Shown: positions 47,909 to 61,414, counted from the first letter of the whole stretch. The stretch: DNA of 63,766 bases, filler included, from Octopus bimaculoides (GCF_001194135.2; 7 parts of 7 records of this genome joined end to end with filler, not necessarily neighbours in it), one strand, 5' to 3'. A program made the numbers and translations. Notes: generated by a model not told the origin, from the sequence alone.

Positions 47909-50201
47909 ATGGATTTACACATTGGATATTCCTTTAAAAATATTCCTACACCATTAAATGAACTATACAAAAGAATGCTACTTCAAAAAATTATTGATAT
48001 TATAAGACGCATGAGGTGGAAAGCTTTTTTCGTCGACCAGGCAGCACCACACTCGGACAAAGACCACTTTAGCATCAGGTCTAGAAAATTCCCACCCAAG
48101 ATCAAAGAACTCAAAACTTTCGAAGCAGACCTGCTGGGCATTATACCAAACCTTAAGTTCCGTATATCTTCATCCACCTTTCACACTACAACAGGCTCTT
48201 AGAGAACAACATCACACAAAAATATAGATGGGCCGCACCACATACCTATGATAACATCAATAATGAGGCAAAACAAATAGCCACCGTCCTGGACATTGCC
48301 GACAGAGTAGAAATACTAGCTAAACGTAATGCCTTTATAACTATCAAGTATCATAAACCGAACTTCTCTTCCAGCCCTAAATGCCACCCGATTAACCCTG
48401 CCAAGTCTGAAATCAGACTGGTGAGAAAAAAACATCCTAAAAAGGGTTAATAAGGACATAAGGATGGTATCTAATTTCTCTTTATGGCGTAACACAATTG
48501 AAACCAAACGAAATACCTTTAGAGCTAAGTTCATACAATTCGATATAGTAGACTTTTACCCATCGATATCGAAAATGCTACTTGATAGGGCGATAGTATA
48601 TGCTAGACGAATTACTGACATAAGTGATAGAGAAATAGATATAATTATGTACGCTAGGAAAACGCTACTATTCAACAAAGATTCAACCTGGGTCAAACGA
48701 ACTGACCCTGAAGGCTCATTCTGCGTCGCGATTGGGGCATACGACAGCGCTGATATTTGCGTAGGTGGGATTAGGATATTTGTGTAGGTGGGTTTAGGCG
48801 GCGACGGCATGCTTGATTTGCAGATTGTTTCTCGCATATGAGGAAAATCCTTTTGTTCATGAGCACACGCACAATATATACATATATACATATACTAAAT
48901 TTTTACATCAATAACCAGGGGTAATGAGTCAGTTACGATACTCCAGCAATACGGCTACTAGCAACATCATTAGCATCATAAATAATTATGCACGCTAGGA
49001 AAACGCTACTATTCAACAAAGATTCAACCTGGGTCAAACGAACTGACTCTAAAGGCTCATTCTGCGTCGCTGATATTTGCGACCTTATAGGGTTTTACAT
49101 TCTGGACACCCTAGGAAATAAATTCCCCTTTGTCCACTTCGGCTTATATAGAGATGATGCCTTAGCTTTCTCCAGAGGCGCTAACGGCCATACTTTAAAT
49201 AGGCTTAGAAAAGACATCATACACACCCTCAACGACCTTGGCCTTAAAATCACCACAGAGACTAACTTCACCATGGTGAACTTCTTGGATGTCACGCTTG
49301 ATCTAGTTAGTGGCACCTATAGAACATACCGTAAACCGAATGATAGGTTATCGTACGTTAATACAGCCTCCTGCCACCCACCCATAGTGTTCAAAAACCT
49401 AATAAAAGGTATCAGTAAGCGGATCTCGATCTTATCTTCAAATAAAGATATTTTCGATGCAGCGGCTCCCGCTTACAATGAGGCGCTAGCGGTCAAAGAG
49501 AATATAGCATATGTACCTAGATTGAGTAACCATAAAAGGAAACGCCACCGCAAGACCTTATGGTTAGCTCTTCCCTTCTTCCTAAACGTCCGGACATGCG
49601 TAGGTAAGATTTTTCTTGGGTTGGTTGATAAACATTTCACGCGATTACACAAATATAGAAAGATCTTTAACAGACATAATTTAAGAATCTCTTTCAGTTG
49701 TGCACCCAATGTTAATAAAAAAACTACTTAGCACTCCTAAACTACGGACAGAGGCAAATTGTTCATAAAGGATTGAAATGGATGCCCAGTGGACGGCCGA
49801 TGTAACGGTTACAGTGTAGCAGCACAACTATCAGTAACATCAATGCCATCACAGGGACACACACTAAAATTTATGTAGTATCTTGGGAATCCAAATTTAA
49901 AATTCGTCTAAACAACCACAGATCTTCTTTCAGAGTCCCGGAGAGACGCAACTCAACAACACTCGCAGCATACGTATGGCGCTTAAAGGACGATCATGTA
50001 CACTTTAACATCAGGTGGAAATTACTGGAAACTTGTGGACCCTATCGCAATGGAACAAGACTGTGTAAATTGTGTATGGCAGAAAGATATATTATCCTCA
50101 TGAACTCACATGAGCCAGGAGACTACCTGAACACCAGGACGGAAGACGTGGGGAGTTGTCCACATTTTCGGAAATTTTTATTTCAAAATTGGAAAACCTA
50201 G
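47909..50201 (+). pseudogene. PLE RT + GIY-YIG polyprotein, frameshifted
   Basis: YSFKNIPTP..RRMRWKAFF; FDIVDFYPSI; GAYDSADIC; GLYRDDAL; NFLDVTLDL..YRKPN..HPP; FKIRLNNHRSSF..NSTTLAAYVW; CKLCMAERY..LN..CPH. Confidence 0.92.
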
Positions 50202-50319
50202 CTACCAAGTGAAGGAAGACAACTCGCCCGGCCATAATTTTTTAAGAGGAATATTCCTTGAACTATCACCGGCGTTCTTATGTTTAAAGAAACATTTTTT
50301 GCAGAGAACAGTTATCGTT

Positions 50320-50372
50320 TAGAAAAACTGAAGAAATGTCTAGTTCACGCTAGATATGAAACCAATGGTTAT
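50320..50372 (+). ncRNA. Type I hammerhead-like motif in downstream PLE terminus (3' helix I strand in gap)
   Basis: TAGAAAAA-CTGAAGA-A-ATGTCTAG-TTCACG-CTAGATAT-GAAA-CCAATGG-TT; helix II 8 bp, helix III ACC/GGT. Confidence 0.6.
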
Positions 50373-51324
50373 NNNNNNNNNNNNNNNNNNNNNNNNNNNN
50401 NNNNNNNNNNNNNNNNNNNNNNNNNNNNNNNNNNNNNNNNNNNNNNNNNNNNNNNNNNNNNNNNNNNNNNNNNNNNNNNNNNNNNNNNNNNNNNNNNNNN
50501 NNNNNNNNNNNNNNNNNNNNNNNNNNNNNNNNNNNNNNNNNNNNNNNNNNNNNNNNNNNNNNNNNNNNNNNNNNNNNNNNNNNNNNNNNNNNNNNNNNNN
50601 NNNNNNNNNNNNNNNNNNNNNNNNNNNNNNNNNNNNNNNNNNNNNNNNNNNNNNNNNNNNNNNNNNNNNNNNNNNNNNNNNNNNNNNNNNNNNNNNNNNN
50701 NNNNNNNNNNNNNNNNNNNNNNNNNNNNNNNNNNNNNNNNNNNNNNNNNNNNNNNNNNNNNNNNNNNNNNNNNNNNNNNNNNNNNNNNNNNNNNNNNNNN
50801 NNNNNNNNNNNNNNNNTTTATATATTCATTTTCTAAGAAATTTCATATAATTTCAATTTCTCAAATTTATTGAATTTTTAAAACTCCAATTTCTCGCAAA
50901 TTTAAATATTCATTGCATTCACTGCGGAGTATTCCATTTTCATTTACAAAGTCTCTCACTTTATCTTTTGAGTTTTAATTCGCTATTTGGAAAACCGACA
51001 GTTTATTCTATTAATGTATATGTAATGTGAAAACATTATTTCTTGAATGAAATTTTTTTTAAATACCCGTATAATTTTTGAACGCGAGATAGCTGTGAGA
51101 AGAGCCTAAAAAGTTGGGTAATTACTATTAGAAGACGAGGAAAAAAAGTTACCGACAATTAATCGAAAGTTGCACCTTATTCACAGTTTCCAAACACTCT
51201 GTACCACTAAACCAATATATGCACAAACAAGTTGCACGAGCGACTTCAACAGTGACACACACACACACACTCACTAATACACACTCGCGCACACACATAG
51301 ATACACACAAATGAAAGGCAACGA

Positions 51325-51363
<39 letters not shown>

Positions 51364-52752
51364 TCATTGACTAAACTTCGCGCTGCATCACTTTTGTGAA
51401 GTTTTGTCAGCGAACAAGTCGTGGTTTCAGAGCGACGAAAATATTTTGACACAAATGAAATTTTAATGCTGAAGTAAGTGAAACTAATGATTTTTGTGTG
51501 TTCTTGAATGGTTTACAAACATCTTTCACGCTGCAATTGTTTTTGTTTTAGTATACGATCTCAGATCAAGTCACTTGCTATGCAAGTACATCTCCGCAAT
51601 GTTCTTAAATCACTGTGGATAAATGCCAGTAATGATATTCTCAGGCTCTCCAATATTTTAATTTCTAAATAGAAACAATCGGAGGCAGGGAATGGGATTG
51701 CAAAAAATGCATTGTTTCAAATTTTCTTTTTTATAGCATATAAATGTATCGATGGGGGAAAATATTGAAAAACATCAATACATGCGAGAGGGTTGTCTTT
51801 TGGATATGCTAGAAACAACAGCCAAATCGCCCTTAAATCGCTTTTTTCTCGAAAAGTATGAACAATTTTTAAATATTTTTTTTCCGAAAATGCTCTTCCC
51901 ATGGTTTTGAAGTGCAAAAAAAAATTGAGGGAGGGTGTGTGTGTGTGTATAAGAAAAAAGAGTTTGCAAAACTTTTTTCATACAAAGATGCCCGTACCAT
52001 TAACCTCATCATTTAGAAGGATGTGGTTTAAAAGAAATGGGGAAAATCCCTGAAAAATTTTTCCCCACAAATTTCTTTGTAATCATAATCTATACCGTTT
52101 GAAAGGGATTTGTATAAATTTTCATTAAAAGACACCCATCTTCCTGAAAGTTATGAGGGGAAAAGTCAGATCGTTCGAATTTTCCGAAACTCCTTTCTCC
52201 ACCCCTTCGGAACAATTCTTTCCCATAAATCCCTGTATAATCTGAAGCCACAACATCTAAGCAGTAGTTGTAGAAAATCTTGTTAAGATGTCTCCATTTT
52301 TCTGGATGTTATGAGGCAACAAATTCGGGGGCATATACATCTGTAGTAATGCCCTTTTATTTATACAATTTTTAATTTCATGCTTATTTCATTCATTGTT
52401 TGCAATGTTCTCTCTCCTCCACTCTCTCTCTCACATGCACTGCAAAGCTTACAGATGGGCTGCTGAATTGAAATCTCTATATTGCTTTGAGAGGAAGGTA
52501 AAACTTGACAAATTGCCTCCCACTCTGTTGTTGGACTACCGTGATGTTTGTTTAAAAAAGAAAAATTATGACTGATAAAATAATGAAAGCAATATTTACT
52601 AAGCAAGTGAGCACAATTATACAAAGAAATAATTTGATGTAAAATATATAAATTATTAGAACTTGGAATCAAATGTGAAAACATTATCAAAGAGCTAACA
52701 GAAAACCGCTAGAACGGCGGTCTTTCTGCTAGTATAATATATATGCATGCAT

Positions 52753-52835
<83 letters not shown>

Positions 52836-52879
52836 NNNNNNNNNNNNNNNNNNNNNNNNNNNNNNNNNNNNNNNNNNNN

Positions 52880-52891
52880 TTAATTAATTAA
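52880..52891. other. Artificial scaffold-join spacer
   Basis: TTAATTAATTAA embedded in N run. Confidence 0.95.
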
Positions 52892-52935
52892 NNNNNNNNN
52901 NNNNNNNNNNNNNNNNNNNNNNNNNNNNNNNNNNN

Positions 52936-52980
<45 letters not shown>

Positions 52981-54127
52981 ACAATCGATATGTATGAAGA
53001 AAGTCATATCTTTATTTTAAATCACACTTTAAATATCCAACAATTGTTTAAATTGCATTAACATATACATATATGTATATATATGTATATATATATTCAT
53101 ATGCATACACACACACATATACATAATATAATTGAAATTAATAATAATATGTACAAAAATTTATGTCAACACAAGGTAATCCAAATTATCAAGGTAATCT
53201 AAATTGGTGAAATTCTAACTTGTACGTCTGGAAAAATTTTAGCTGTTAAAAAACGCTTAAAACAAGAAACACCAAACCAAATTTAACTTTAGACATTCAT
53301 TCATTCATTCAACCAAGAATGCCATCATTGAATAACTAATTTAGTTTATAAGAATAAAATATAAAAATAAAATTTTGAAAATACCTTACTAATTCCATAT
53401 TTTTTGACAATTTGAAATCTATGTAAAAAAAAAAAAAATCAACATAGAAAATTAGTATACTTATCTACTAAAATTGATGATGTCACTGTATATCTAAAGA
53501 ACAAAAACTGCAGACAAGAATTCTATGTTTTGCTTCATAGATAACTTAAGAACAAAAACTACAGATAACAATTCTACATAATGCTTAATAGACACTTTGA
53601 TATTTTATTACCTATTTATTTATTTGATATAATAAACTCTTCTACGGGAATTAACTGTATTTTATAATAAGTGAAGAATTATTATATTCAACAACATATA
53701 CAACCACCGAGGATCTCACTAGAAAATTAAAAATAAAAATTACAGAAAAGACAAACAAATATCTATTTATTCATTATGATAAACTCTTATATAGGAATTA
53801 ACCTTATATAATAATTGAAAAATTACTATAATTAATAACATGTACAATTATTGATGACTACGCTAGATAACTAAAGAATGAAAATAACGGATAAGATAAT
53901 TAAATACCTATTAATATTTATATTATATGCTGTTGTGTCTGGGGAGAGTCATTCTCTTTTAGTGCCTTATGATTTAACACACTCACCAGTAAAATTTCCA
54001 CTCATTTCTTTTTTATTTTACTAAAATTTTCGTTGCATCTTGCAATCTTTTCAATAGTTTTGACTCTATCCATTATTAACACAACATTCCTTTTTGTTTG
54101 TTTGTGCACATGTGTGTGAGTTAGTGT

Positions 54128-54161
<34 letters not shown>

Positions 54162-54756
54162 CTACACATGCATGTATGTATGTATGCATGTGTGTATGCA
54201 TGTATGTGTGTGTGTGCATATGTATATAAGTATGTGTGTATATTTGTATGTATGTATTCTGCATACTCATATGTTTGCATGTCCATGTTTGTGTGTTTTT
54301 ATGTATGTGTGTGTGTGTTTTTATGTATGTGTGTGTGTGTGTGTGTTTTTGTATATATGTGCGTGTGTACCTCTGTCTCCTTGTGTGTGCATGTCTGAGT
54401 GTGTGTGTGTGTGTGTTTTGCAACTATGTATCGTATTTGTATGTATGGATATGCATCTCCATATGTGTGGACGTGTGTCTCCATATGTGTCCTTGTGTGA
54501 AGTTAAGTGTGTGTGTATATATGGTCATGTGTTTCAGTCTTCATTTGAGAATGCGTGCATATGTGTGCTTGTCTGTTCATATAACCTGTGTACCTATCCG
54601 TCTGTACGTTGATCCGTTTACTTTCATATCCATATGCATATGCATATATCTACATACACCCCCCCACACACACACATACATACATCTATCTACATAACAG
54701 CCCACTAACTATTCTACTCTGTGTAAACTGTGGGCATGGGAGTATGATATCTACTA

Positions 54757-54945
54757 TGTATATTTCCTATTTAGTATTGGGGAAGTTTCATTTATGAGGA
54801 TGTACTCCTGTATTTGTCTGAGTGTTGGGTCCTTTGGGTGCTTGGATAAGATGTGGATGTCAAGTTGACCCAGGTTGCCTCCATGTTGGTCCTTGCCATG
54901 TTGGTAGAGAATGGAGGGCTGTTTTTTTGTCATCATATTGTCTCA
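54757..54945 (-). mobile_element. GIY-YIG C-terminal fragment (PLE-type)
   Basis: SILYQHGKDQH..IHILSKHPKDPTLRQIQEYILINETSPILNRK resembles H..H..IL..R.I.EA..I...P.LN. Confidence 0.5.
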
Positions 54946-55312
54946 ATATTATATGCTTTTATGGGAATTAAGATTGTCATATAATAATTGAAAAATTACT
55001 ATAATTAATAATATATACAATTCTTGATGATCTTGGTGGATAATTAAAGAATAATAATTATAGATAATAATTCTACGTTATGCTTAATCGAAGCCGAGAT
55101 ACTTTACATTGCTATAATTAATTACATACTCATTATATTAAGTACTTTAATTGAAATTAACTTTATTATATAATAATTAATTAAAAGATTATTATAGTTA
55201 ATAATTAAAATATATTAATGTCTTTCTAAATTTATAGCAACTTCTTTAAGTTAAGTGCCCATTAAAATCCAATACAATTAATTTAGAAGTAATTATAAAA
55301 TGTAATTCTTTA

Positions 55313-55436
55313 TAGTATTAAATATCCATCATGGCTGATCTTACCAATCAGCTTCATGTAAACCGATTGGTAAGATTGTTTTTTTTTTTACATGAAACTG
55401 CCTGGTAAGACCAGCTGTAATGGATATTTAATACTA
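55313..55436. mobile_element. 124-bp MITE/hairpin with ~50 bp arms and TA flanks
   Basis: TAGTATTAAATATCCAT..CTTCATGTAAA / TTTACATGAAACTG..ATGGATATTTAATACTA. Confidence 0.75.
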
Positions 55437-55512
55437 TAAAATTTGGATAATATACCTACTCTACTGACAGATATATGAGTGCATCTTCTCCCTGACTTAT
55501 GGTCTCTTAGAT

Positions 55513-55779
55513 CAGGGGTTTTCAAACTTTTTGACTTGCGGACCCCTTTATATTTCAGGCTTTACCTTAGGGACCCCCTTATAAACGCTTATGAAATTCA
55601 TACATAAATATTTGCTTAAAATAACATATATTTTTACATTTATTTATTTAGCAGTATTTAACAAATAGGTTTATTGTCAATTAAAAGATTTCGATTAAAA
55701 AACATATATAAACTGAAATTGCCCATAAAAAGTATTTGCTGTCTACGGATCCCCTGTCTTGTCCTTGCGGACCCCCTGT
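55513..55779 (+). mobile_element. Non-autonomous hAT (Charlie-like) left end, right end in gap
   Basis: CAGGGGTTTTCAAACTTTT TIR, repeated GCGGACCCC subterminal motifs, preceding 8-mer TCTTAGAT with central TA. Confidence 0.7.
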
Positions 55780-55934
55780 NNNNNNNNNNNNNNNNNNNNN
55801 NNNNNNNNNNNNNNNNNNNNNNNNNNNNNNNNNNNNNNNNNNNNNNNNNNNNNNNNNNNNNNNNNNNNNNNNNNNNNNNNNNNNNNNNNNNNNNNNNNNN
55901 NNNNNNNNNNNNATATATATATATATATATACAT

Positions 55935-56683
55935 ACACAAGGTTGATCCCAAAAGTAAGGTCTCCAAAGCACTGGGGATGCAGGGAAACTGTGCATGTAG
56001 CTATTGGCAACACTGTTGTGTTTATTGTGCATGCGCCTGCACCTGCCCCTGCATGAACCTCACTGCCGCACTCAGTCTTGGCTTGGCAGTTGTATCTGAC
56101 GGAGCTCTCAATTAACGCTATCACCAAGTGTGAAGTTCGCACAGTTATTCGGTTTTTGAATACAAAAAGCATTAAACCAATTGAAATTCATCACCTATTA
56201 ACAGAAGTGTATGGTGAGTCATGCATGGATGTCAAAAACGCCCACAAGTGGTGTAGGTAGTTTGCAGCTAGTCATACTGAAATTAATGATGAAGAAGGAA
56301 GCAGGCAACCATCAATTTCCGACACGACAGTCATGAAGGTTGAGCAAATCCTGCATGAAAATCTGTGGATCACTCTAGATCATCTCTGCATTTTGGTTCC
56401 TGAGGTTTCCCAAAGCACCATTCATAGGGTTTTGAGTAAAAAGTTGCAATATTCAAAGGTGCGTACAAGATGGGTCCCACAAATGCTTACAGAAGACCAT
56501 AAATGGCAACCCACCTTATAGTCCGAACTTGGCACCCAATGACTACCACCAGTTCCCTAAGTTGAAAGAATATTTGGCTGCAACATGCTTCAGCAACAAC
56601 GACCAGGTGAAAGATGATGTTCAGTGCCTCCTCAATGACATGAAAGTGATCTTGTATGACATGGGCATACAAAAACTGTCCCA
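55935..56683 (+). mobile_element. Mariner element with catalytic domain deleted
   Basis: CEVRTVIRFL..IEIHHLLTEVYGE, KVRTRWVPQMLTEDHK fused to PPYSPNLAPNDYHQFPKLKE; TIR-like GGTTGATCCCAAAAGTAAGGTCTCC. Confidence 0.85.
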
Positions 56684-57043
56684 GCGTGGCTGTGTGGTTA
56701 GAAGCTTGCTTCCCAACCACATGGTTTCCAGTTCAGTCACACTGCATGGCACCTTGGGCAAGTATCTTATACTATAGTCTTTGGCAGACCAAAGCCTTGT
56801 GAGTGGATTTCATAGATGAAAACTGAAAGAAGTCCATAGTTTATGTGAGTGTGTGTGTGTGAGTATCATTTGACAACCGGTGTTGGTATGTTTATGTCTT
56901 TCTTTTACTTAGTAGTTTGGCAAAAGAGACTGATAGAATAAGTACCAGGTTTTAAAACGTAAGTACTGGGGTCAATTCATTTGACTAAATATTCTTCAAG
57001 GCAGTGCCCCAGTATGGCCACAGTCTAATGACTGAAACAAGTC
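56684..57043 (+). mobile_element. SINE family B full copy truncating the mariner
   Basis: Aligns with 17895-18297. Confidence 0.9.
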
Positions 57044-57184
57044 TCTGTGTGTATGTGTGTGTAGTTAGGTAGGTACTTAGGACTTGGGTATCTGTATGCA
57101 CATAGATATATATAATGCTGTGTAGGATACATCATGCTTGTAGAAAAGGTGACGAGAATTACTGAGAGAAAGTACAACAGTACA

Positions 57185-57254
57185 AGGGTGGTGGTGGTGG
57201 TGGCAGTAGGGCAGACTTGGTAGAGGTAATGGTTGTTGTTTAGTGGTGGTGGTC

Positions 57255-57286
<32 letters not shown>

Positions 57287-57755
57287 CCTCATCTTCATCA
57301 GCACTGTAATGATGACTATGATGATGAGGATGATGGTGGTGAGGAGGTTGACAATTATGGTCACGATGATGATAATAATGGCAATGATATGATGATGATG
57401 ACGACGATGATGAGGAAGAGGAGGATGACGAGGTTGGTGATGATGCTGGTGACGATATAATGATGATGTTGATGAAGCTGATGATGGTGAGGGTAGCAGT
57501 GATGATGATGATGATATGATGTTGATGATGATGATATTGATGATAAGGATGATGATGATGATGATGAAATGATGATGACATAATGATGATGATGATATAA
57601 CAATGATTGACATCAATGGCAGCAGTATCAACAATGATGAGGAGACTGGTGGTAATTGCAATGAGGGAGATTGAGAAGGTATGGGGGGGGAGGAGGAGGA
57701 GGGTGATCGTCGTCGTCGTTGTCGTCGTGGTGGTGATGATGATGAGGAGGAGGAG
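57185..57755. repeat. Degenerate (GAT)n/(GGT)n/(GAG)n low-complexity tract
   Basis: Direct reading; explains poly-D/H/S/I ORFs. Confidence 0.9.
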
Positions 57756-58339
57756 GATTGATGGCTTAAGGAAATAAGAAACAAACAACCCAGTGAAATA
57801 TATGAAATAGTGAGAGAGAGAGAAAGAGAGATAGAGAGAGAGATGGAATGAAGAGATGAAGGGAAGACCCACTCCACATTAGAAAAGGTCAGCATAACAA
57901 ATAAGAAGATCATTTTCCTCAGTTGAGAAACACTTGAGAGAGGTCGATAAAGAACTCATTTGATCAACAAAATTATCCTGTCTCCTCCACCTCCTCCCCC
58001 TCCTCTCTTTCTCTCTCTCTCTCTCTCTTTTAGACCACCTTCACCTAAAACTTAGGATATTTTCTCTTTCTAAAGATCACTAATTTCACATGACCATAGT
58101 TATAATGTCAGTGAACAGATGGATCGTTGCCAAAGTGTGGCATTGGAGCTGGAGTGAAAGGTAGAAGAGGTTTAATGGCAGGACTTGATGTTGTCTGAGA
58201 GAAAATAGATAGAATATTGGCAGGATTGCATTGTTTGATGTTGGTTTAGCTCTTTTACAGCTTGCTAGCTATCACACTTTATAGAAGTGATATTACTATA
58301 GAAATAGTAGTTGATGTTACTATAGTACTGTGGTTTGTT

Positions 58340-58572
58340 GCTCTTCAGCATTAAAAAACTAAGCCATATCCAGCTCATATATGTTTTATGTTCAGACTGG
58401 TCAAATTCAACCTCTCACACTTACACCACAATGCCATTCTAAAAATAAACATTCTCATCATTGATAATTTGAAGCTACAAGTTAATGCACGATTGATTCA
58501 TGCATGATTAAAACAATGTGAATAGATAATAAGCATTATATCTAATTGAGTAGTCTTAATGCTAAAGTGTTA
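58340..58572. mobile_element. Degenerate non-autonomous element, possibly piggyBac-type MITE
   Basis: CTCTTCAGCATT ... AATGCTAAAGTGTTA ends resemble CCC(T)TTAGCATT/AATGCTAAAGGGTTAA; family recalled, not verified. Confidence 0.4.
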
Positions 58573-59134
58573 GATCTAGGCCGAACCTGATCAAATAAAG
58601 CTGTTATCAAAAGCATTTAAATTGTATCAGCACCACCTTTTACAAGTGTCTTGGACATCATTATTTAATGTTTTATCTCTCGTTTATCTATTGTGCAGTT
58701 TTTATTATATAGTTGCTCTCCACTTTCTGCCTTTTAGGTAATGCCAACAATCATTTTCTCCTCCTTGGCCCACTCCTATTTTCCTTTACCTTCAGTGGAT
58801 ATTCATTATTGACCATGCCTCCACCTATGTTTACCATTGACTGTATTCACCTCTATCGCCATCTCTAACCATCGGTCACCCTCTCTCAATTTCATGATCC
58901 ATTTAGCTATCCTTGATTTTTTATCCCTTTTCTCTTTTTATCCACCTTCTTGTTCTTTGAGGGTACACCCTGATACCTCATCTTCACTTGCATTCACCTT
59001 TTCCATATGAGAGAGATATATATCTCCTCTAGAGCAAGACTTCTGTTCCAGTCACTTTATCATATGTTAGCCTCTCAACACCTGGCATAAAGCCACTTCC
59101 CTCAATAGTACACTCCACTCAGTTGAGGAGTTTT

Positions 59135-59619
59135 GTCATATGAGTTATATGATGGCCTCATTGGTGTCATTGCTATGGAAACAGCACCGAATACACATTG
59201 TAAAGTCGATGGTAATAGGAAAACATCCAGTCATAGAAACTATGCCAAAGCAGACATTGAAGATTATTGCAGTCATCTGGCTTATCAGATGTATCAAACC
59301 ATCCCACTTATACCTGCACAGAACATTCATGCTAAATGATGATGATGATGATGAAATATATATATGTACATGTGGATGTGTGCATGTTTGCGATTCCTGT
59401 CTTGACACTGTATGAGAGTTGCAAATGAGTGTCATTGTCATATATGCAATGCCATTTATTTCCAATATTCTGTGAGAACATCTCTGGCAATGGAGAAATA
59501 TTACCTTGCTTGGAAACAGGTGAAAGTTAGTAACAAGAAGGACATCCAGTCACAGAAAATCTACCTCAATAAATTCTGTCCATTCCATTCAAGCACAGAA
59601 AAGTGGACATTAAAATAAT

Positions 59620-59620
<1 letters not shown>
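59135..59620 (+). mobile_element. Two degenerate SINE/RTE-like 3' tails
   Basis: GGAAAACATCCAG..TAAATGATGATGAT and GAAGGACATCCAG..GAAAAGTGGACATTAAAATAATG resemble the 39240-39350 tail. Confidence 0.5.
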
Positions 59621-59657
<37 letters not shown>

Positions 59658-59891
59658 TCTGTAATTCATATCTTCTCTATAATAACTATTACTGAAACAT
59701 TTTCTCACACTGTCTCTGATGAAGGGATATATAAAATATTCCAGAAATAGCTGTAAGACCTTCTCTTTATAAATGTTCTGAAAACTATTTACAGCATGTT
59801 AATTTTTTATATTTATTTATTTATTTATTTATTTACGGGTTTCAGCCNNNNNNNNNNNNNNNNNNNNNNNNNNNNNNNNNNNNNNNNNNNN

Positions 59892-59903
59892 TTAATTAAT
59901 TAA
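59892..59903. other. Artificial scaffold-join spacer
   Basis: TTAATTAATTAA embedded in N run. Confidence 0.95.
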
Positions 59904-59946
59904 NNNNNNNNNNNNNNNNNNNNNNNNNNNNNNNNNNNNNNNNNNN

Positions 59947-60058
59947 NCAACAAGTCAGCAGCGAGGCAGCAGTAAGGCAGCAGCGAGGCAGCAGTGAAGC
60001 AGTAATTCAGCAGTAGCGAGACAGCAACAAGCAGTTGCGAGGCAGCAGCGAGGCAGCA
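59947..60058. repeat. ~11-bp GC-rich minisatellite (CAGCAGCGAGG)
   Basis: Direct reading. Confidence 0.8.
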
Positions 60059-60130
60059 TGGATAGTTAGGAGATTTAAATGTGTTGAAAATTAGCTTGAA
60101 GCAGAATATATTTCGAAGCCAGTGGGGAGT

Positions 60131-61385
60131 AGGCAATGTGGCAGAAACGTTAGCAGGCTGGACGAAATGCAAAGCGATAATTTGTCTGTCTATACTTTCT
60201 GAGTTCAAATTCCGTCGAGGTCGAATTTTCCTTTCATGCTTTCGGGGTCGATAAATTAAATACCAGTTGCATACTGGGGTCGATCTAATCGACTGGCCTT
60301 TCCCCCGAAAATTTTGGGCCTTGTGCCTAGAGTAGAAAAGAATATTTTAAGCTGGCAGAAATGTTAGCACACCAGGCAAAATATCTAGCGGTATTTCGTC
60401 TGTCTTTATGTTCTGAGTTCAAATTCAGTCGAGGTCTACTTTGCCTTTTATCCTTTCGGGGTCGATAAATTAAGTACCGGTTGCNNNNNNNNNNNNNNNN
60501 NNNNNNNNNNNNNNNNNNNNNNNNNNNNNNNNNNNNNNNNNNNNNNNNNNNNNNNNNNNNNNNNNNNNNNNNNNNNNNNNNNNNNNNNNNNNNNNNNNNN
60601 NNNNNNNNNNNNNNNNNNNNNNNNNNNNNNNNNNNNNNNNNNNNNNNNNNNNNNNNNNNNNNNNNNNNNNNNNNNNNNNNNNNNNNNNNNNNNNNNNNNN
60701 NNNNNNNNNNNNNNNNNNNNNNNNNNNNNNNNNNNNNNNNNNNNNNNNNNNNNNNNNNNNNNNTTCAAATTTTACCACAAGGGCAACAATTTTCGGGGAG
60801 GAGACGAGTCGATTACATCAACCCCAGTGTTCAACTGGTACTTATTTTATCGAACCGGAAAGGATGAAAGGCCAAAGTCGACCTCAGCGGAATTTGAACT
60901 CAGGACGTAGCGATGGGCGAAATACCGCTAAGCATTTCGTCCAGCGTGCTAACGATTCTGCCAGCTCGCCGCCTTAAATGTACAAATATAATAATCGTTT
61001 CTACTAGAATCACAAGGCCTCAAATTTGGGGGAAGGGGTTAAGTCGATTACACCGACCCTCAGTGATTAACTGGTACTTGTTTAATCGACCCTGAAGGGA
61101 TGAAACGCCAAAGTCGACCTCAGCAGAATTTGAACTTAGAACGTAGCGGCAGACGAAATACCACGAAGCATTCTTTCCTACTGTAGGTACAAGTACCGAA
61201 ATTTTGGAAGAGGGGTCCAGTCAATAAGATCGACCCAGTACACAACTGGTACTTGATTTATCGATCACGAAAGGATGAAAGGCAAAGTCGAGATCGGCAG
61301 AATTTGAACTCAGATCGCAAAGAGACGAAACACCGTTAAGCATTTCGTACAGCGTGCTAACAGTCCTGCCACTTCACCGCTTTAC
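60131..61385. mobile_element. Cluster of five SINE family A copies: + 60131-60343, + 60350-60484, - 60764-60976, - 60998-61172, - 61175-61385
   Basis: Each aligns to 2476-2690. Confidence 0.9.
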
Positions 61386-61414
61386 CTGTACAAATATAAT
61401 AATAATTGCTATTA

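Larger units (their letters stand above)
47158..50372 (+). mobile_element. Penelope-like element in partial-tandem arrangement (3' end copy + near full-length copy)
   Basis: 47158-~47690 is a direct repeat of 49818-~50372; RT and GIY-YIG motifs in between. Confidence 0.92.

Noticed and set aside
48760-48985. GTAGGT-initiated insert read as a PLE intron
   Set aside because: No AG acceptor at the position needed to restore ADIC-DLIG in frame
54094-54697. [12 protein letters not shown], poly-D/S/H ORFs throughout (also 57077-57913)
   Set aside because: Translations of microsatellites and low-complexity tracts
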